Of a stretch of 64,000 nucleotides of DNA, positions 40,235 through 49,614 are shown piece after piece. A program made the position numbers and the translations under genes. Where the stretch lies: the NCBI GenBank assembly GCA_002347295.1, contig DDXZ01000005.1, positions 27,537-91,536 of the forward strand, read 5' to 3'. The notes beneath the pieces were generated by a model. That model saw only the letters and a program-made list of their open reading frames with translations. It searched no databases and was not told where the DNA came from. The stretch's first letter is position 1. Every line of letters starts with the position of its first letter. Source of the DNA: Dehalococcoidia bacterium UBA2247. Lineage in GTDB: Bacteria; Chloroflexota; Dehalococcoidia; UBA2247.

Positions 40235-40870
40235 TTATTCTTTCTTTTTATCGTTACTTGAGGGTGCTTTAAGAATTTCATCTACAATACCGTATTCGAT
40301 AGCTTGTTGTGGATTGAGATAGAAGTCACGGTCAATATCATGAGCAATTTTATCCAGTGGTTGACCGGTATGTTTGGCCACTATACCTCTGATGATATCT
40401 TCGATGCGCATTATTTCTTTAGCCGCAATAGCGATATCGGCAGTCTGTCCCTGAGCGCCTCCTATTGCCTGGTGTAGATGGATGGTGGCATTAGGTAAGG
40501 AATAGCGCTTACCTTTGGCACCAGCGCAAAGTAAAATAGTTGCCATGCTGGCTGCAAGCCCTACACAGATAGTGGAAACATCAGGTCTGACAAGTTGCAT
40601 CGTGTCATAAATAGCCAGTCCAGCACTAACAAGTCCGCCCGGACTATGGATATAAAGGTTGATGTCTTTATCAGGATCTTCGCGGTCCAGAAAAAGGAGT
40701 TGTGCTACGATTAAGTTGGCCACCTGGTCATCAATTTGTGAACCCAGTACGATTATACGTTCCCTTAAGAGCAGGGAATATATATCAAATGCTCTTTCTC
40801 CTCGGGCATCTGATTCAATTACCATGGGTATTACTCTATTATATATTGCATCCATTATATTCACCTCCAA
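40235..40870 (-). CDS. clpP: ATP-dependent Clp protease proteolytic subunit
   Basis: Ser-His-Asp catalytic context (GLAASMA, HQ), 211 aa. Confidence 0.9.
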   Translation of the reverse strand: MEVNIMDAIYNRVIPMVIESDARGERAFDIYSLLLRERIIVLGSQIDDQVANLIVAQLLFLDREDPDKDINLYIHSPGGLVSAGLAIYDTMQLVRPDVSTICVGLAASMATILLCAGAKGKRYSLPNATIHLHQAIGGAQGQTADIAIAAKEIMRIEDIIRGIVAKHTGQPLDKIAHDIDRDFYLNPQQAIEYGIVDEILKAPSSNDKKKE

Positions 40871-40885
40871 GATTATTCATGTTAT

Positions 40886-42235
40886 TTATTTAGTTTCGTT
40901 TTCTGCCGGGGCTGCTGCTTCTTCTATTTGTGCTTTTTCTTCAGTAACCGGAGTACTTACATGGGTTACTATATCAACAAGATGTTGGAAAGTCTTCTTT
41001 CCAAGCAATATTTGTCTTGCAGTTTCGCGACCAGAAGGTGATTTAATTGCGTTACTCATATCTTCTGTAATAGCAGGGTCGCTATTTATTATTTCTTCCA
41101 GGTACGTATTAATCTCCTCATCAGTTATTGTTAATTTGGCATCTTGTGATACTTCTCTCAGAATAAGTGATCGTGTAATTTTACTTTCTGCGGAGGGCTT
41201 GAGTTCATTCTTTATCTCTTCCAGTGTTTTTCCGCTGCTTTTAAGGAAAGTATTTAATCCCGTTTCACCGCCACCGAATTGTTTTGCCATATCGGTAAGA
41301 AATTTACCTATTTCTTGTTCTACCATTATGGGAGGGAAACATATCTTCGATACTTTAGTTATTTCTTCAATAATCTTGTCTTCAAGAGTTTGTCTGACAT
41401 TAGATTCTGCCATTGAATGCAGATTGGTTTCCAGTCTTTTTCTTAATGTATCTAATGAGTCGATATCATCCCCGATGCTTTTTGCAAAATCATCGTTGAC
41501 ATCAGGTAAATGCTTTTCTTTTATTTCGTGAACGGTTACTTTAATCGCATAGTTTTTACCTGCCAGATTTTTATCTTCGTGTTCGGCAGGGAAAGAAAGA
41601 TTAAATTCCTTTGTCTCTCCCGGTTCTATTCCGACCAACTGTTCTGCAAAACCGGGTATGGGTAGGGGAGATTCTTTTTTTACCATATAGAAACGCTCTT
41701 TTTCATCAATAACGGTTTCATCACCAACGACGCTTTTAACGTCAATTTTAACCATATCATCTATAGCTACTGAACGTGTTACCGGTTCCCATTTAGCTTT
41801 CTGTTCACGCAACTGTTCCATCGTATTTGCGATATCTTTTTCCGTAACCTCAACTTTATCCGGCTCTATAGTAATACTATGATAGTCACCTAATTCTATG
41901 ATTGGTTGAACAGAAACAGTTGCTTTGAATTTGACTGGCTCAAGTTCGGTTATTTCAACATCAGGATATGCGATAGCGGTAATTTTCTGTTCTTCGATAG
42001 CCATGTTACATAGTTCTGGAACCAGATGTTCTAATGCATGTTCGACTAACGCTCCTTGTCCCAGATAATTTTCCAGGATGGGACGTGGCGTTTTTCCTTT
42101 ACGAAAACCGGGTACTTTATATTCTTCTACCAGATGGGTATATGCTTCATCAAGATATTTCTCCATTTCAGGAGGTTCTACCTCGATATTAAATATTACC
42201 TGGCAGTTCTCTGTTTTTTCTGTCGATAATTTCAC
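40886..42235 (-). CDS. tig: Trigger factor
   Basis: N-terminal ribosome-binding region, FKBP-type PPIase middle domain, 449 aa, upstream of clpP. Confidence 0.85.
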   Translation of the reverse strand: MKLSTEKTENCQVIFNIEVEPPEMEKYLDEAYTHLVEEYKVPGFRKGKTPRPILENYLGQGALVEHALEHLVPELCNMAIEEQKITAIAYPDVEITELEPVKFKATVSVQPIIELGDYHSITIEPDKVEVTEKDIANTMEQLREQKAKWEPVTRSVAIDDMVKIDVKSVVGDETVIDEKERFYMVKKESPLPIPGFAEQLVGIEPGETKEFNLSFPAEHEDKNLAGKNYAIKVTVHEIKEKHLPDVNDDFAKSIGDDIDSLDTLRKRLETNLHSMAESNVRQTLEDKIIEEITKVSKICFPPIMVEQEIGKFLTDMAKQFGGGETGLNTFLKSSGKTLEEIKNELKPSAESKITRSLILREVSQDAKLTITDEEINTYLEEIINSDPAITEDMSNAIKSPSGRETARQILLGKKTFQHLVDIVTHVSTPVTEEKAQIEEAAAPAENETK

Positions 42236-42317
42236 GCTAACCTTCCTCTCAATATAATAACAGACATTATATCATATAATACCGAAATTTCAGATTACTG
42301 ATTTTTATTAAATCAAT

Positions 42318-44117
42318 CTATTGTGACGGAGAATTATCTATATTCAGGTGTAATTCATGGAGCTGTTTTTCTGTTAGTTCTGAAGGCGCTCCGGTCATAA
42401 CATCTATGGCACTCTTACTCTTAGGGAATGGAATAGTTTCTCTGATACTCTGTTCTTTTGTCAATAGCATCATAAAACGGTCGATACCCGGGGCAATGCC
42501 ACCGTGGGGAGGAGCACCGTACTCAAGCGCTTCCAGTAACATGCCAAATCGGCTCTCCATTTCCTGATGGGTATATCCCAGATATTGGAGCATTTTTTCC
42601 TGCAATTGCCGTGTATGAATCCTGATGCTGCCACTTGATAGTTCGTAACCGTTACATATTAAATCATAATGGCGCGAGTGTACTTTCCCCGGATCTGTTT
42701 CCAGTAATGGTATGTCTTCTTCTCGTGGTGCTGTAAATGGGTGATGTACCGGAATCCAGCGATTATCTTCGGTACTCCATTCCATTAAAGGAAAGTCCAG
42801 GATGAAAGCAAAAAATAACAGGTTGGGATCGACAAGATTGAGCCGTTTCCCCATTTCAAATCGAAGCTGCCCCAGTATGGCACCTGTCTTATTCGATTCA
42901 CCGGCAACTAATAAAAGCAGGTCACCTCTCTTCGCTTCAAGTTGATTTGCTATTGCTCGTATCTGTTCAATTGTAAGATATTTAGTTATTTCAGATTTTA
43001 CGGCTTCCAGAGGCATATTATTGATAGTACCGGTACCATCAAATAACATTGTTATTAATCCTTTTGCTCCGTAGGTTGTTGCCAGCTCCCTTAGCTCGTT
43101 TAATTGGCTCTTGGAATAACTGGCACAGCCAGGCAAACATATTCCTCTGACACGTCCACCATTATTTATAATTGTGCGAAAAATATTAAATGACGAATTA
43201 GCGGCGATAGCAGTAACGTCTTTTATTTCCATACCAAAACGCAAATCAGGTTTATCTACTCCATAACGCTCCATAGCATCAGCGTAGGATAATCGCGGGA
43301 ACGGTTTAATGACATGCATATCAGGTGCTACTGTTTCCACCAGAGAAATAAACAAATCCTCGGTTAATTTTAAGATATCATCTTCTTCAACAAAACTCAT
43401 TTCAATATCAAGTTGTGTAAATTCAGGTTGGCGGTCGGCGCGTAAGTCTTCATCACGGAAACACCTTGCTACCTGGAAATATTTTTCAAAACCGGCAACC
43501 ATAAGTAGCTGTTTAAATTGTTGCGGTGATTGGGGTAATGCATAGAATTTACCGGGATAGAGACGGCTGGGAACGACATAGTCACGTGCGCCTTCGGGGG
43601 TGCTATTTATTAGAATCGGGGTTTCAATCTCAAGAAAGCCTAGAGAGTTTAAAAAATCTCGCATGAATTTAACTACTTTATGGCGCAGGATAATATTATC
43701 TCTCATTCGTGAGCGCCGCAGGTCGAGGTAGCGGTATTTTAAGCGGACATTTTCATCTATTTCCATCTCTCTATTGATGCTAAAAGGGGGTGTTTTTGAT
43801 TCATTTAATATCACAGCCTTGTGTGCAATTACTTCGATTTCACCAGTAGGTAGTTGCGGATTTTCGGTACCTGAGGGACGATGATTAACGGTACCTTCAA
43901 TCATAAGAACATATTCCAGACGTAGTTTATTTGCCACGTCATTATATTCAGGTAATAGTTCTGGATTTAGTACTATCTGTACTGTCCCCTGCCTATCTCT
44001 AAGGTCAATAAAGACAAGTGAACCATGGTCTCTCCGCTGATGTACCCAACCGGCAAGAACCACTTTTTCTCCGATATGCTTTGATGTTAACTCTCCGCAG
44101 TTGTGATCTTTTAACAT
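42318..44117 (-). CDS. aspS: Aspartate--tRNA ligase (bacterial type)
   Basis: OB-fold N-terminus, class II aaRS motifs 1-3 (FRDE, GAPPHGG), 599 aa. Confidence 0.9.
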   Translation of the reverse strand: MLKDHNCGELTSKHIGEKVVLAGWVHQRRDHGSLVFIDLRDRQGTVQIVLNPELLPEYNDVANKLRLEYVLMIEGTVNHRPSGTENPQLPTGEIEVIAHKAVILNESKTPPFSINREMEIDENVRLKYRYLDLRRSRMRDNIILRHKVVKFMRDFLNSLGFLEIETPILINSTPEGARDYVVPSRLYPGKFYALPQSPQQFKQLLMVAGFEKYFQVARCFRDEDLRADRQPEFTQLDIEMSFVEEDDILKLTEDLFISLVETVAPDMHVIKPFPRLSYADAMERYGVDKPDLRFGMEIKDVTAIAANSSFNIFRTIINNGGRVRGICLPGCASYSKSQLNELRELATTYGAKGLITMLFDGTGTINNMPLEAVKSEITKYLTIEQIRAIANQLEAKRGDLLLLVAGESNKTGAILGQLRFEMGKRLNLVDPNLLFFAFILDFPLMEWSTEDNRWIPVHHPFTAPREEDIPLLETDPGKVHSRHYDLICNGYELSSGSIRIHTRQLQEKMLQYLGYTHQEMESRFGMLLEALEYGAPPHGGIAPGIDRFMMLLTKEQSIRETIPFPKSKSAIDVMTGAPSELTEKQLHELHLNIDNSPSQ

Positions 44118-44222
44118 ACAATTCCCTTCCCTAAATTCGTAGAGCAGTATGAACGCATATTATACCGCTTTTAAGAATTATGCAGTATATATTATTTGGT
44201 TTGTATTTAGTATTTTTACATA

Positions 44223-44373
44223 GTAACGTTCCCTTTTGGTTGATATTAAAATCATCACAATAATCCATACCGACGAAAGTCGGTATCCAGAAGCTAAATT
44301 ATTTGACTGGATTCGCACCCAAAGGGTACCCGTCAACGGAATGGAATAGAAAACAACCAAAAGGGAACGTTAC
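44223..44373. repeat. MITE-like structured repeat, copy 2 (151 bp), inverted relative to copy 1. It has 20-bp perfect terminal inverted repeats and an internal ATACCGACgaaaGTCGGTAT hairpin.
   Basis: gtaacgttcccttttggttg / caaccaaaagggaacgttac read directly; shared internal blocks (ccattccgttg...gaatccag). Confidence 0.6.
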
Positions 44374-44420
44374 CTTTTAATTCGTTACATTGACAAAATT
44401 ACAAAATAATGATAATATCC

Positions 44421-44660
44421 TATTGTCCTAAGTGGTCAGGTTGATAAACGGATGACCCAAGAGGATTCTACTACATCATGTGGAAGCTGGGAGTGGGTAG
44501 CGAGCGGGCTGCTGTGTAGGATGGATAATCCGAAGGTGTGATGCTCGTAAGGACGTCTCGATATTGTGGAAGCAGAGTTGTAGAGAATAGGTTTAATACT
44601 TCCTCGTATTAAGCACTGTTGGGTAAGCCAAAAGCAACAGGGTCACTTAGGACTTTTTTA
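44421..44660 (+). ncRNA. Candidate structured ncRNA (~240 nt) of unknown class
   Basis: A strong TTGACA-N17-TAATAT promoter at 44390-44418 precedes it. A 10-bp closing helix pairs GTCCTAAGTG (44425-44434) with CACTTAGGAC (44644-44653), followed by TTTTTT. No ORF is present. The region is intergenic and convergent with respect to the neighbouring genes. Confidence 0.4.
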
Positions 44661-44685
44661 TATTTTTTACTTCAGAATATTTGTA

Positions 44686-46116
44686 CTAATACTCACTTTG
44701 TTTTGAATCCAGTATCCCGATAAATGGCAGGTTACGGTATTTATTATTAAAGTCAAGTCCGTAACCGACAACAAATTTATCCGGTACTTCAAAACCGACA
44801 TATTTTAAAGGAATATCACTGAGGCGACGGATACGTTTATCCAGTAGCGTACAAACACGTAAACTTGTGGGACTGCGTGTTAATAAGTAATCAAGTACGT
44901 AGTTAAGGGTCATTCCCGTATCGATGATGTCTTCGACCATAATAACGTCTTTGCCGGATATATCTTCTTCGAGATCCTTGGTTATTTTAACAGCACCGGA
45001 TTTATCTCCGTTGTAGTGAGATATACCCATAAAATCTACCGATACGGGGATAGTAATGTAACGCATTAAATCTGCCATAAAACAGAACATACCCTTTAAA
45101 ATTCCAATGAGAAGGACATCTTTACCAGCATAGTCCAGTGATATCTGTCTTCCAATTTGTTTCACTTTTCGTTGGATTTGCGCTTCACTAAATAACACAT
45201 GATATATTCCCGTAACATCCAACGCTGCTAGAGGACCATGTCCGTATTTTGCCAGGAGACTATTATATCCTTTCTTGCCCAGTAGTATAACTTTTACCTT
45301 GGGATATAGTTGCCGTAACCGGTTAATTTTTCGTCTTTTAGTTGTTAAATTATCCTGTTTTAGAGTGGTCAATTCAATGTATAGCTTAAGGTCGGGTAAA
45401 TAAAAGTCTGGAGTGAAAACTTCCCGCATCTCGCCTTTTTCCCATTTTAGAGGAAATGAGTGTGGTTCATAGAGCCATTCGATACGATAAAAGTCAAGAA
45501 GACGGGCAAAATCTTCTTCATTGGAATTAACAAAATTGGGAGTACTGTTTATATTCGCAGTAATGAGAGGAGTTTCAAGTTTGCCGGCAGGCTGTTGTGC
45601 CACTATTTTTTCGATAGTTTTACACAGATTCATATTTTCAGAAGCGGTGATAATTAGATTACCAACAGTGATAAGGAAATCCCGTTCTTTAACAGAGAAC
45701 TCCCGTTTTTCACGAGAATAAATGGTAATTGCTCCTACTACTTTATCCTGATATTTTAAAGGGACACTGAGTAATGATGTGATACCTTCATGGGAAATAA
45801 GTTCAGAGTCCTGAAAACGCGGGTCCTGAGGGATGTTCAATATTGAAACAACATCACCGTTAATGACTCGTTGTAATTCTGCATTATCAACCAGCGGCAT
45901 GCTACGAGAATACCAGTCACTTAGACCGTAGTAAGCAGCGTATATTAAATGTTTACCACGTCGGTCGGGAAAGACTATTGAGCAGCCAGTAGTATTGATT
46001 GCCCGGGCACTGATGCGACATATGGAACGCAGTAGCTGTTTCAGGGTATGTTTGTTATTTATCGTCCTTATTATGTCGGATAATGCTCGGTAATATTTTG
46101 GACCGCTACCAGGCAA
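44686..46116 (-). CDS. hpt: Three-domain fusion: N-terminal GAF domain, central DUF559/Vsr-like endonuclease-fold segment, C-terminal hypoxanthine-guanine phosphoribosyltransferase
   Basis: GAF-like region (SLLSVPL...VGAITIYS). Central FTPDFYLPDLKLYIELT resembles the DUF559 signature. The C-terminus has the full HPRT signature (VIMVEDIIDTGMTL, FVVGYGLDFNNKYRNLPFIGIL). Confidence 0.7.
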   Translation of the reverse strand: MPGSGPKYYRALSDIIRTINNKHTLKQLLRSICRISARAINTTGCSIVFPDRRGKHLIYAAYYGLSDWYSRSMPLVDNAELQRVINGDVVSILNIPQDPRFQDSELISHEGITSLLSVPLKYQDKVVGAITIYSREKREFSVKERDFLITVGNLIITASENMNLCKTIEKIVAQQPAGKLETPLITANINSTPNFVNSNEEDFARLLDFYRIEWLYEPHSFPLKWEKGEMREVFTPDFYLPDLKLYIELTTLKQDNLTTKRRKINRLRQLYPKVKVILLGKKGYNSLLAKYGHGPLAALDVTGIYHVLFSEAQIQRKVKQIGRQISLDYAGKDVLLIGILKGMFCFMADLMRYITIPVSVDFMGISHYNGDKSGAVKITKDLEEDISGKDVIMVEDIIDTGMTLNYVLDYLLTRSPTSLRVCTLLDKRIRRLSDIPLKYVGFEVPDKFVVGYGLDFNNKYRNLPFIGILDSKQSEY

Positions 46117-46132
46117 TAAACATCATCCCCCT

Positions 46133-48817
46133 CTATCCACACTTGGTATATCCACAATTCACACAATGCTGACATCCCTCTTGATATACAAGAAGGTTAC
46201 CACATTCGGGACACTGACCACCCATACTGGGGTTATTGTTCGTTACCTGTGGATCATTATTTTCTTTGTGTCCGTTACTATTGCCATTATTATTTTCTAG
46301 TACGCCTCCTATCGCATCGGGGCATGACAGTACGGCATGTCCGTCTTCCCATGCAATAGAAGGGCATCTGATACCACGTAGTTCATAAATAATTGAATTT
46401 AAATCCACTCCGGAGCGGAGTGCCAGTGATATTAGTCTGCTGATGGCTTCCAATTGCGCCGAAGCGCAGCCTCCTGCTTTGCCTAGACTGGAGAATACTT
46501 CGCAAATACCTTCTTCATCAGAATTAACCGTGACGTATATATTACCGCATCCGGTATTTACTTTTCTGGTAAATCCGGTAGTAACAGCACTACGACGTCG
46601 TGGCACGATACCACTAACAGCAGGTGTTGTTTTAGTTGTTTCTTCTCGATTAATAGTCAGTACCTGTGAGTCCTTACTACCATCGCGATAAATTGTTACA
46701 CCTTTACAGTTTTCTTTGTAGGCTAACATGAACACCTGGGCAATATCGTCTCTGGTTGCGTTATGAGGAAAATTAACTGTTTTAGAGACGGCGTTATCAG
46801 TATATTTTTGAAAGGCGGCTTGCATTTTAATATGCCACTCTGGTGTTATGTCGTGTGCGGTAACAAAAATCTGCTGGATTTTTTCCGGGATACCTTCCAT
46901 ACTACGAATCGAACCGCGATTTGCTACTTCCTGCATCAGATTTTCATTCCAGAAACCTTCTTTTTTAGCTGTGACTTCAAAGAATGGATTTACTTCAATG
47001 AATTGTTCTCCTTCAAGAATGGTTTTGGTATAACACAGAGCAAATAAAGGTTCAATCCCACTGGAAGCGCCGGCAATAATACTTATTGAACCGGTAGGAG
47101 CGATAGTAGTTCTAGTAGCATTTCTCATGTGTGGTCCGCCCGGAACGTCATAAATACTACCTTTAAAAGCAGGAAATTCACCTCGTTTTTCTCCCAGTTC
47201 ACATGACGCTTTTGCCGCCTCTTCATTAATAAATTTCATAACTTCTTCAGCAATATACAGTGCATCATTGGAGTCATAGGGAATGCCCAGACATACCAGC
47301 ATGTCGGCTAGCCCCATTATTCCCAGCCCGATTTTTCTGGTAGACCGGGTCATTTTTTTGATTTGGGGTAAGGGGTATTTATTTATGTCAATAACATTAT
47401 CAAGAAACCTGACAGCGATTTTTATGGTTTCTGCTAGTTTGGGATAATCTATTTTTAATCTATCATCATCTTGTATGAGCATACGAGCGAGATTAATGGA
47501 GCCAAGATTACATGACTCATAAGGTAATAACGGTTGTTCTCCACAAGGATTGGTGCTCTCAATAATTCCCAGTTTTGGAGTGGGGTTCTCTTTGTTAATA
47601 CGATCGATAAATACTATCCCGGGATCACCGGATTTCCATGCCATATCAATGATTTTATTGAATATTTCTCTGGCGTTATAAGAACCGACTTTCTGTTTAT
47701 TGCGGGGATTTATCAAAGCATAGTCTTCTCCCTTATCAACTGCCCGCATGAACTCTTCCGTAATGGCAACAGAAAAGTTAAAATTAGTGAATGCAGAAGA
47801 ACTTTCTTTAGCGGTGATAAATTGAAGTATATCCGGGTGATTGATGTTAAGGATTGCCATATTAGCACCGCGACGCATGCCACCCTGTTTAATAACATCA
47901 GTGGCTGTGTCAAAAGCACGAATAAAGGAAACAGGGCCGCTTGCTACTCCGCCGGTTGAGCCTACTCTATCATTTTCCGGTCTGAGACGACTGAAAGAAA
48001 AACCTGTTCCCCCACCACTCTGATGAATTAGTGCTGTGTTTTTTACTTCTTCGAATATAGATTCCATTGAGTCTTCTATGGGAAGAACAAAACAAGCGGA
48101 TAATTGTCCTAATTTACGTCCGGCATTCATTAAAGTAGGAGAGTTGGGTAAGAACTCTAGCTTTGCCATGGTATTGTAGAATTTCTCTTCCCATAATTTT
48201 ACTTCCGCTTTCTCATCGTATATTAATTCTGCGGCAGCAACATTGCGGGCAACTCGACTGAACATTTCTTCCGGTGTTTCTATTACTTTGCCATTACTGC
48301 CATCTTTTTCCAGATAACGCTTTTCTAATACCCTGATTGCGTTAGGCGTTAATTCTACTGGTGATAAATTCATATTTCTATTGCGTTTTTCTCCTTGTAT
48401 AGTTTCACCATCAGATTTTTCGAGAATTAGTTCTTTATCTTTTTTCTTATCGCCAGTAATATTTCCAGTATCTTTTTCTGTAGCAATAGCAGTTTGCATC
48501 TTATCTGTGCTATTGATTAGTGGTACTATGTGGCCATTATCTGTCAGGAGTTTCTTGATTAAAACTTCTATTTCATTATCAGTGGCAATATATCCTTCAT
48601 CCCAATCATAGCGTGGCATTAGTATTTCCATCCCGGGTAGTGTCTTAGCTGCCGGCTTGCGTTGGCTCAAGCGCTGGATAGCTTCCCGGGATATTTTTTC
48701 GAGTAAAGTTCTATCAGGATTTCCCTCTGCTGTTAAAATATTGGATGTAATACGTACTATTCTGGTATGGAGAAGGTTGTTTATTCTGTTCTTCTCCCCT
48801 TGTTTTTTATAAGTCAC
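46133..48817 (-). CDS. nrdJ: Ribonucleotide reductase, class II (adenosylcobalamin-dependent), with N-terminal ~150-aa extension and C-terminal CxxC...CxxC zinc ribbon
   Basis: 894 aa; class II RNR core motifs (catalytic Cys/Asn/Glu region NPCGEQPL); C-terminal CPECG...CVNCG. Confidence 0.85.
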   Translation of the reverse strand: MTYKKQGEKNRINNLLHTRIVRITSNILTAEGNPDRTLLEKISREAIQRLSQRKPAAKTLPGMEILMPRYDWDEGYIATDNEIEVLIKKLLTDNGHIVPLINSTDKMQTAIATEKDTGNITGDKKKDKELILEKSDGETIQGEKRNRNMNLSPVELTPNAIRVLEKRYLEKDGSNGKVIETPEEMFSRVARNVAAAELIYDEKAEVKLWEEKFYNTMAKLEFLPNSPTLMNAGRKLGQLSACFVLPIEDSMESIFEEVKNTALIHQSGGGTGFSFSRLRPENDRVGSTGGVASGPVSFIRAFDTATDVIKQGGMRRGANMAILNINHPDILQFITAKESSSAFTNFNFSVAITEEFMRAVDKGEDYALINPRNKQKVGSYNAREIFNKIIDMAWKSGDPGIVFIDRINKENPTPKLGIIESTNPCGEQPLLPYESCNLGSINLARMLIQDDDRLKIDYPKLAETIKIAVRFLDNVIDINKYPLPQIKKMTRSTRKIGLGIMGLADMLVCLGIPYDSNDALYIAEEVMKFINEEAAKASCELGEKRGEFPAFKGSIYDVPGGPHMRNATRTTIAPTGSISIIAGASSGIEPLFALCYTKTILEGEQFIEVNPFFEVTAKKEGFWNENLMQEVANRGSIRSMEGIPEKIQQIFVTAHDITPEWHIKMQAAFQKYTDNAVSKTVNFPHNATRDDIAQVFMLAYKENCKGVTIYRDGSKDSQVLTINREETTKTTPAVSGIVPRRRSAVTTGFTRKVNTGCGNIYVTVNSDEEGICEVFSSLGKAGGCASAQLEAISRLISLALRSGVDLNSIIYELRGIRCPSIAWEDGHAVLSCPDAIGGVLENNNGNSNGHKENNDPQVTNNNPSMGGQCPECGNLLVYQEGCQHCVNCGYTKCG

Positions 48818-48862
48818 GGTATCCCTCCGTAGTCAAATTAATTTTACTGGTGATGGGGTTAG

Positions 48863-49369
48863 TTATCGTGGTATTAAAGGTAATTGTGCTTTGTTGGCAC
48901 TGTGATGTCTACGGTTTAAATTATCAACTTCTTCCCGGAAATTTTCTATATCAGCAAACTGACGATAAACACTGGCAAATCTGATATACGCTATACGGTC
49001 CAGTTCTTTTAAGTATTTCATTACTAATTCCCCTATTACAGAACTGGAGACTTCCATTTTACCTAACTGGTGTAATTCTCCTTCAATTTTATCTACTAAT
49101 TCTGCGATAATATCTGCTGATATAGGACGTTTGATACAGGCTTTACTGATACCATTTGTTAATTTATCACGATCAAATTCTTCACGCCGTCCGTCCTTTT
49201 TTATCACCAAAAAACTACCCGTATTTATTTTTTCATACGTAGTAAAGCGTGAATCACATTTAAGACATTGCCGTCGTCGTCGAATACCATCACTTACTGC
49301 ACGAGAATCAATTACTTTTGAGTCTTGATAACCACAGCAAGGACACTGCATACTTACTCTCCGTGACAT
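48863..49369 (-). CDS. nrdR: Transcriptional repressor NrdR (the real start is probably MQCPCCG, ~49351)
   Basis: Zn ribbon CPCCG...CLKC followed by an ATP-cone; directly upstream of nrdJ. Confidence 0.85.
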   Translation of the reverse strand: MSRRVSMQCPCCGYQDSKVIDSRAVSDGIRRRRQCLKCDSRFTTYEKINTGSFLVIKKDGRREEFDRDKLTNGISKACIKRPISADIIAELVDKIEGELHQLGKMEVSSSVIGELVMKYLKELDRIAYIRFASVYRQFADIENFREEVDNLNRRHHSANKAQLPLIPR

Positions 49370-49614
49370 GTGCTAGTACTACATTTTGATTGATATTATA
49401 AGATTACTACAACAGGTTGTATATGTCAATGAAATTTATTACTATTTTTGTTATATAGCTATATAACGTATATAAAATTTATAATAAATGCTGCCGGGTA
49501 TAACTAAATATGGTAATATTACTTAGATATTGTGTTATAATATCTAACGCTATAAATTGGTAATTGCTAACTCTAACCAAGTCTGTACTATGAAGAGGAG
49601 GTCTTTTATTACTC

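Noticed and set aside
40659-41531. 290-aa + strand ORF
   Set aside because: It is antisense to the well-supported trigger factor gene. It is Ser/Ile-rich and low-complexity, typical of a shadow ORF.
44118-44222. T-box leader upstream of aspS
   Set aside because: Only ~100 nt is available between aspS and the MITE copy. No specifier or T-box sequence was recognised.
44421-44660. Identity of the candidate ncRNA as tmRNA, RNase P RNA or SRP RNA
   Set aside because: There is no tRNA-like CCA end or tag-peptide ORF (tmRNA). It is too short and lacks the GGAAAGUCCGG-type P4 sequences (RNase P). No GGAAGGAAGCAGC-like domain IV motif is present (SRP). The class is left open.
46133-48817. Intein inside NrdJ explaining its length
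   Set aside because: No Cys/Ser...HN intein boundary pattern was seen. The extra length is at the N-terminus and the C-terminal zinc ribbon, not an internal insertion.
48818-48862. Cobalamin riboswitch upstream of nrdJ
   Set aside because: The intergenic space is only 45 nt. B12 riboswitches normally control B12-independent RNRs, not NrdJ.
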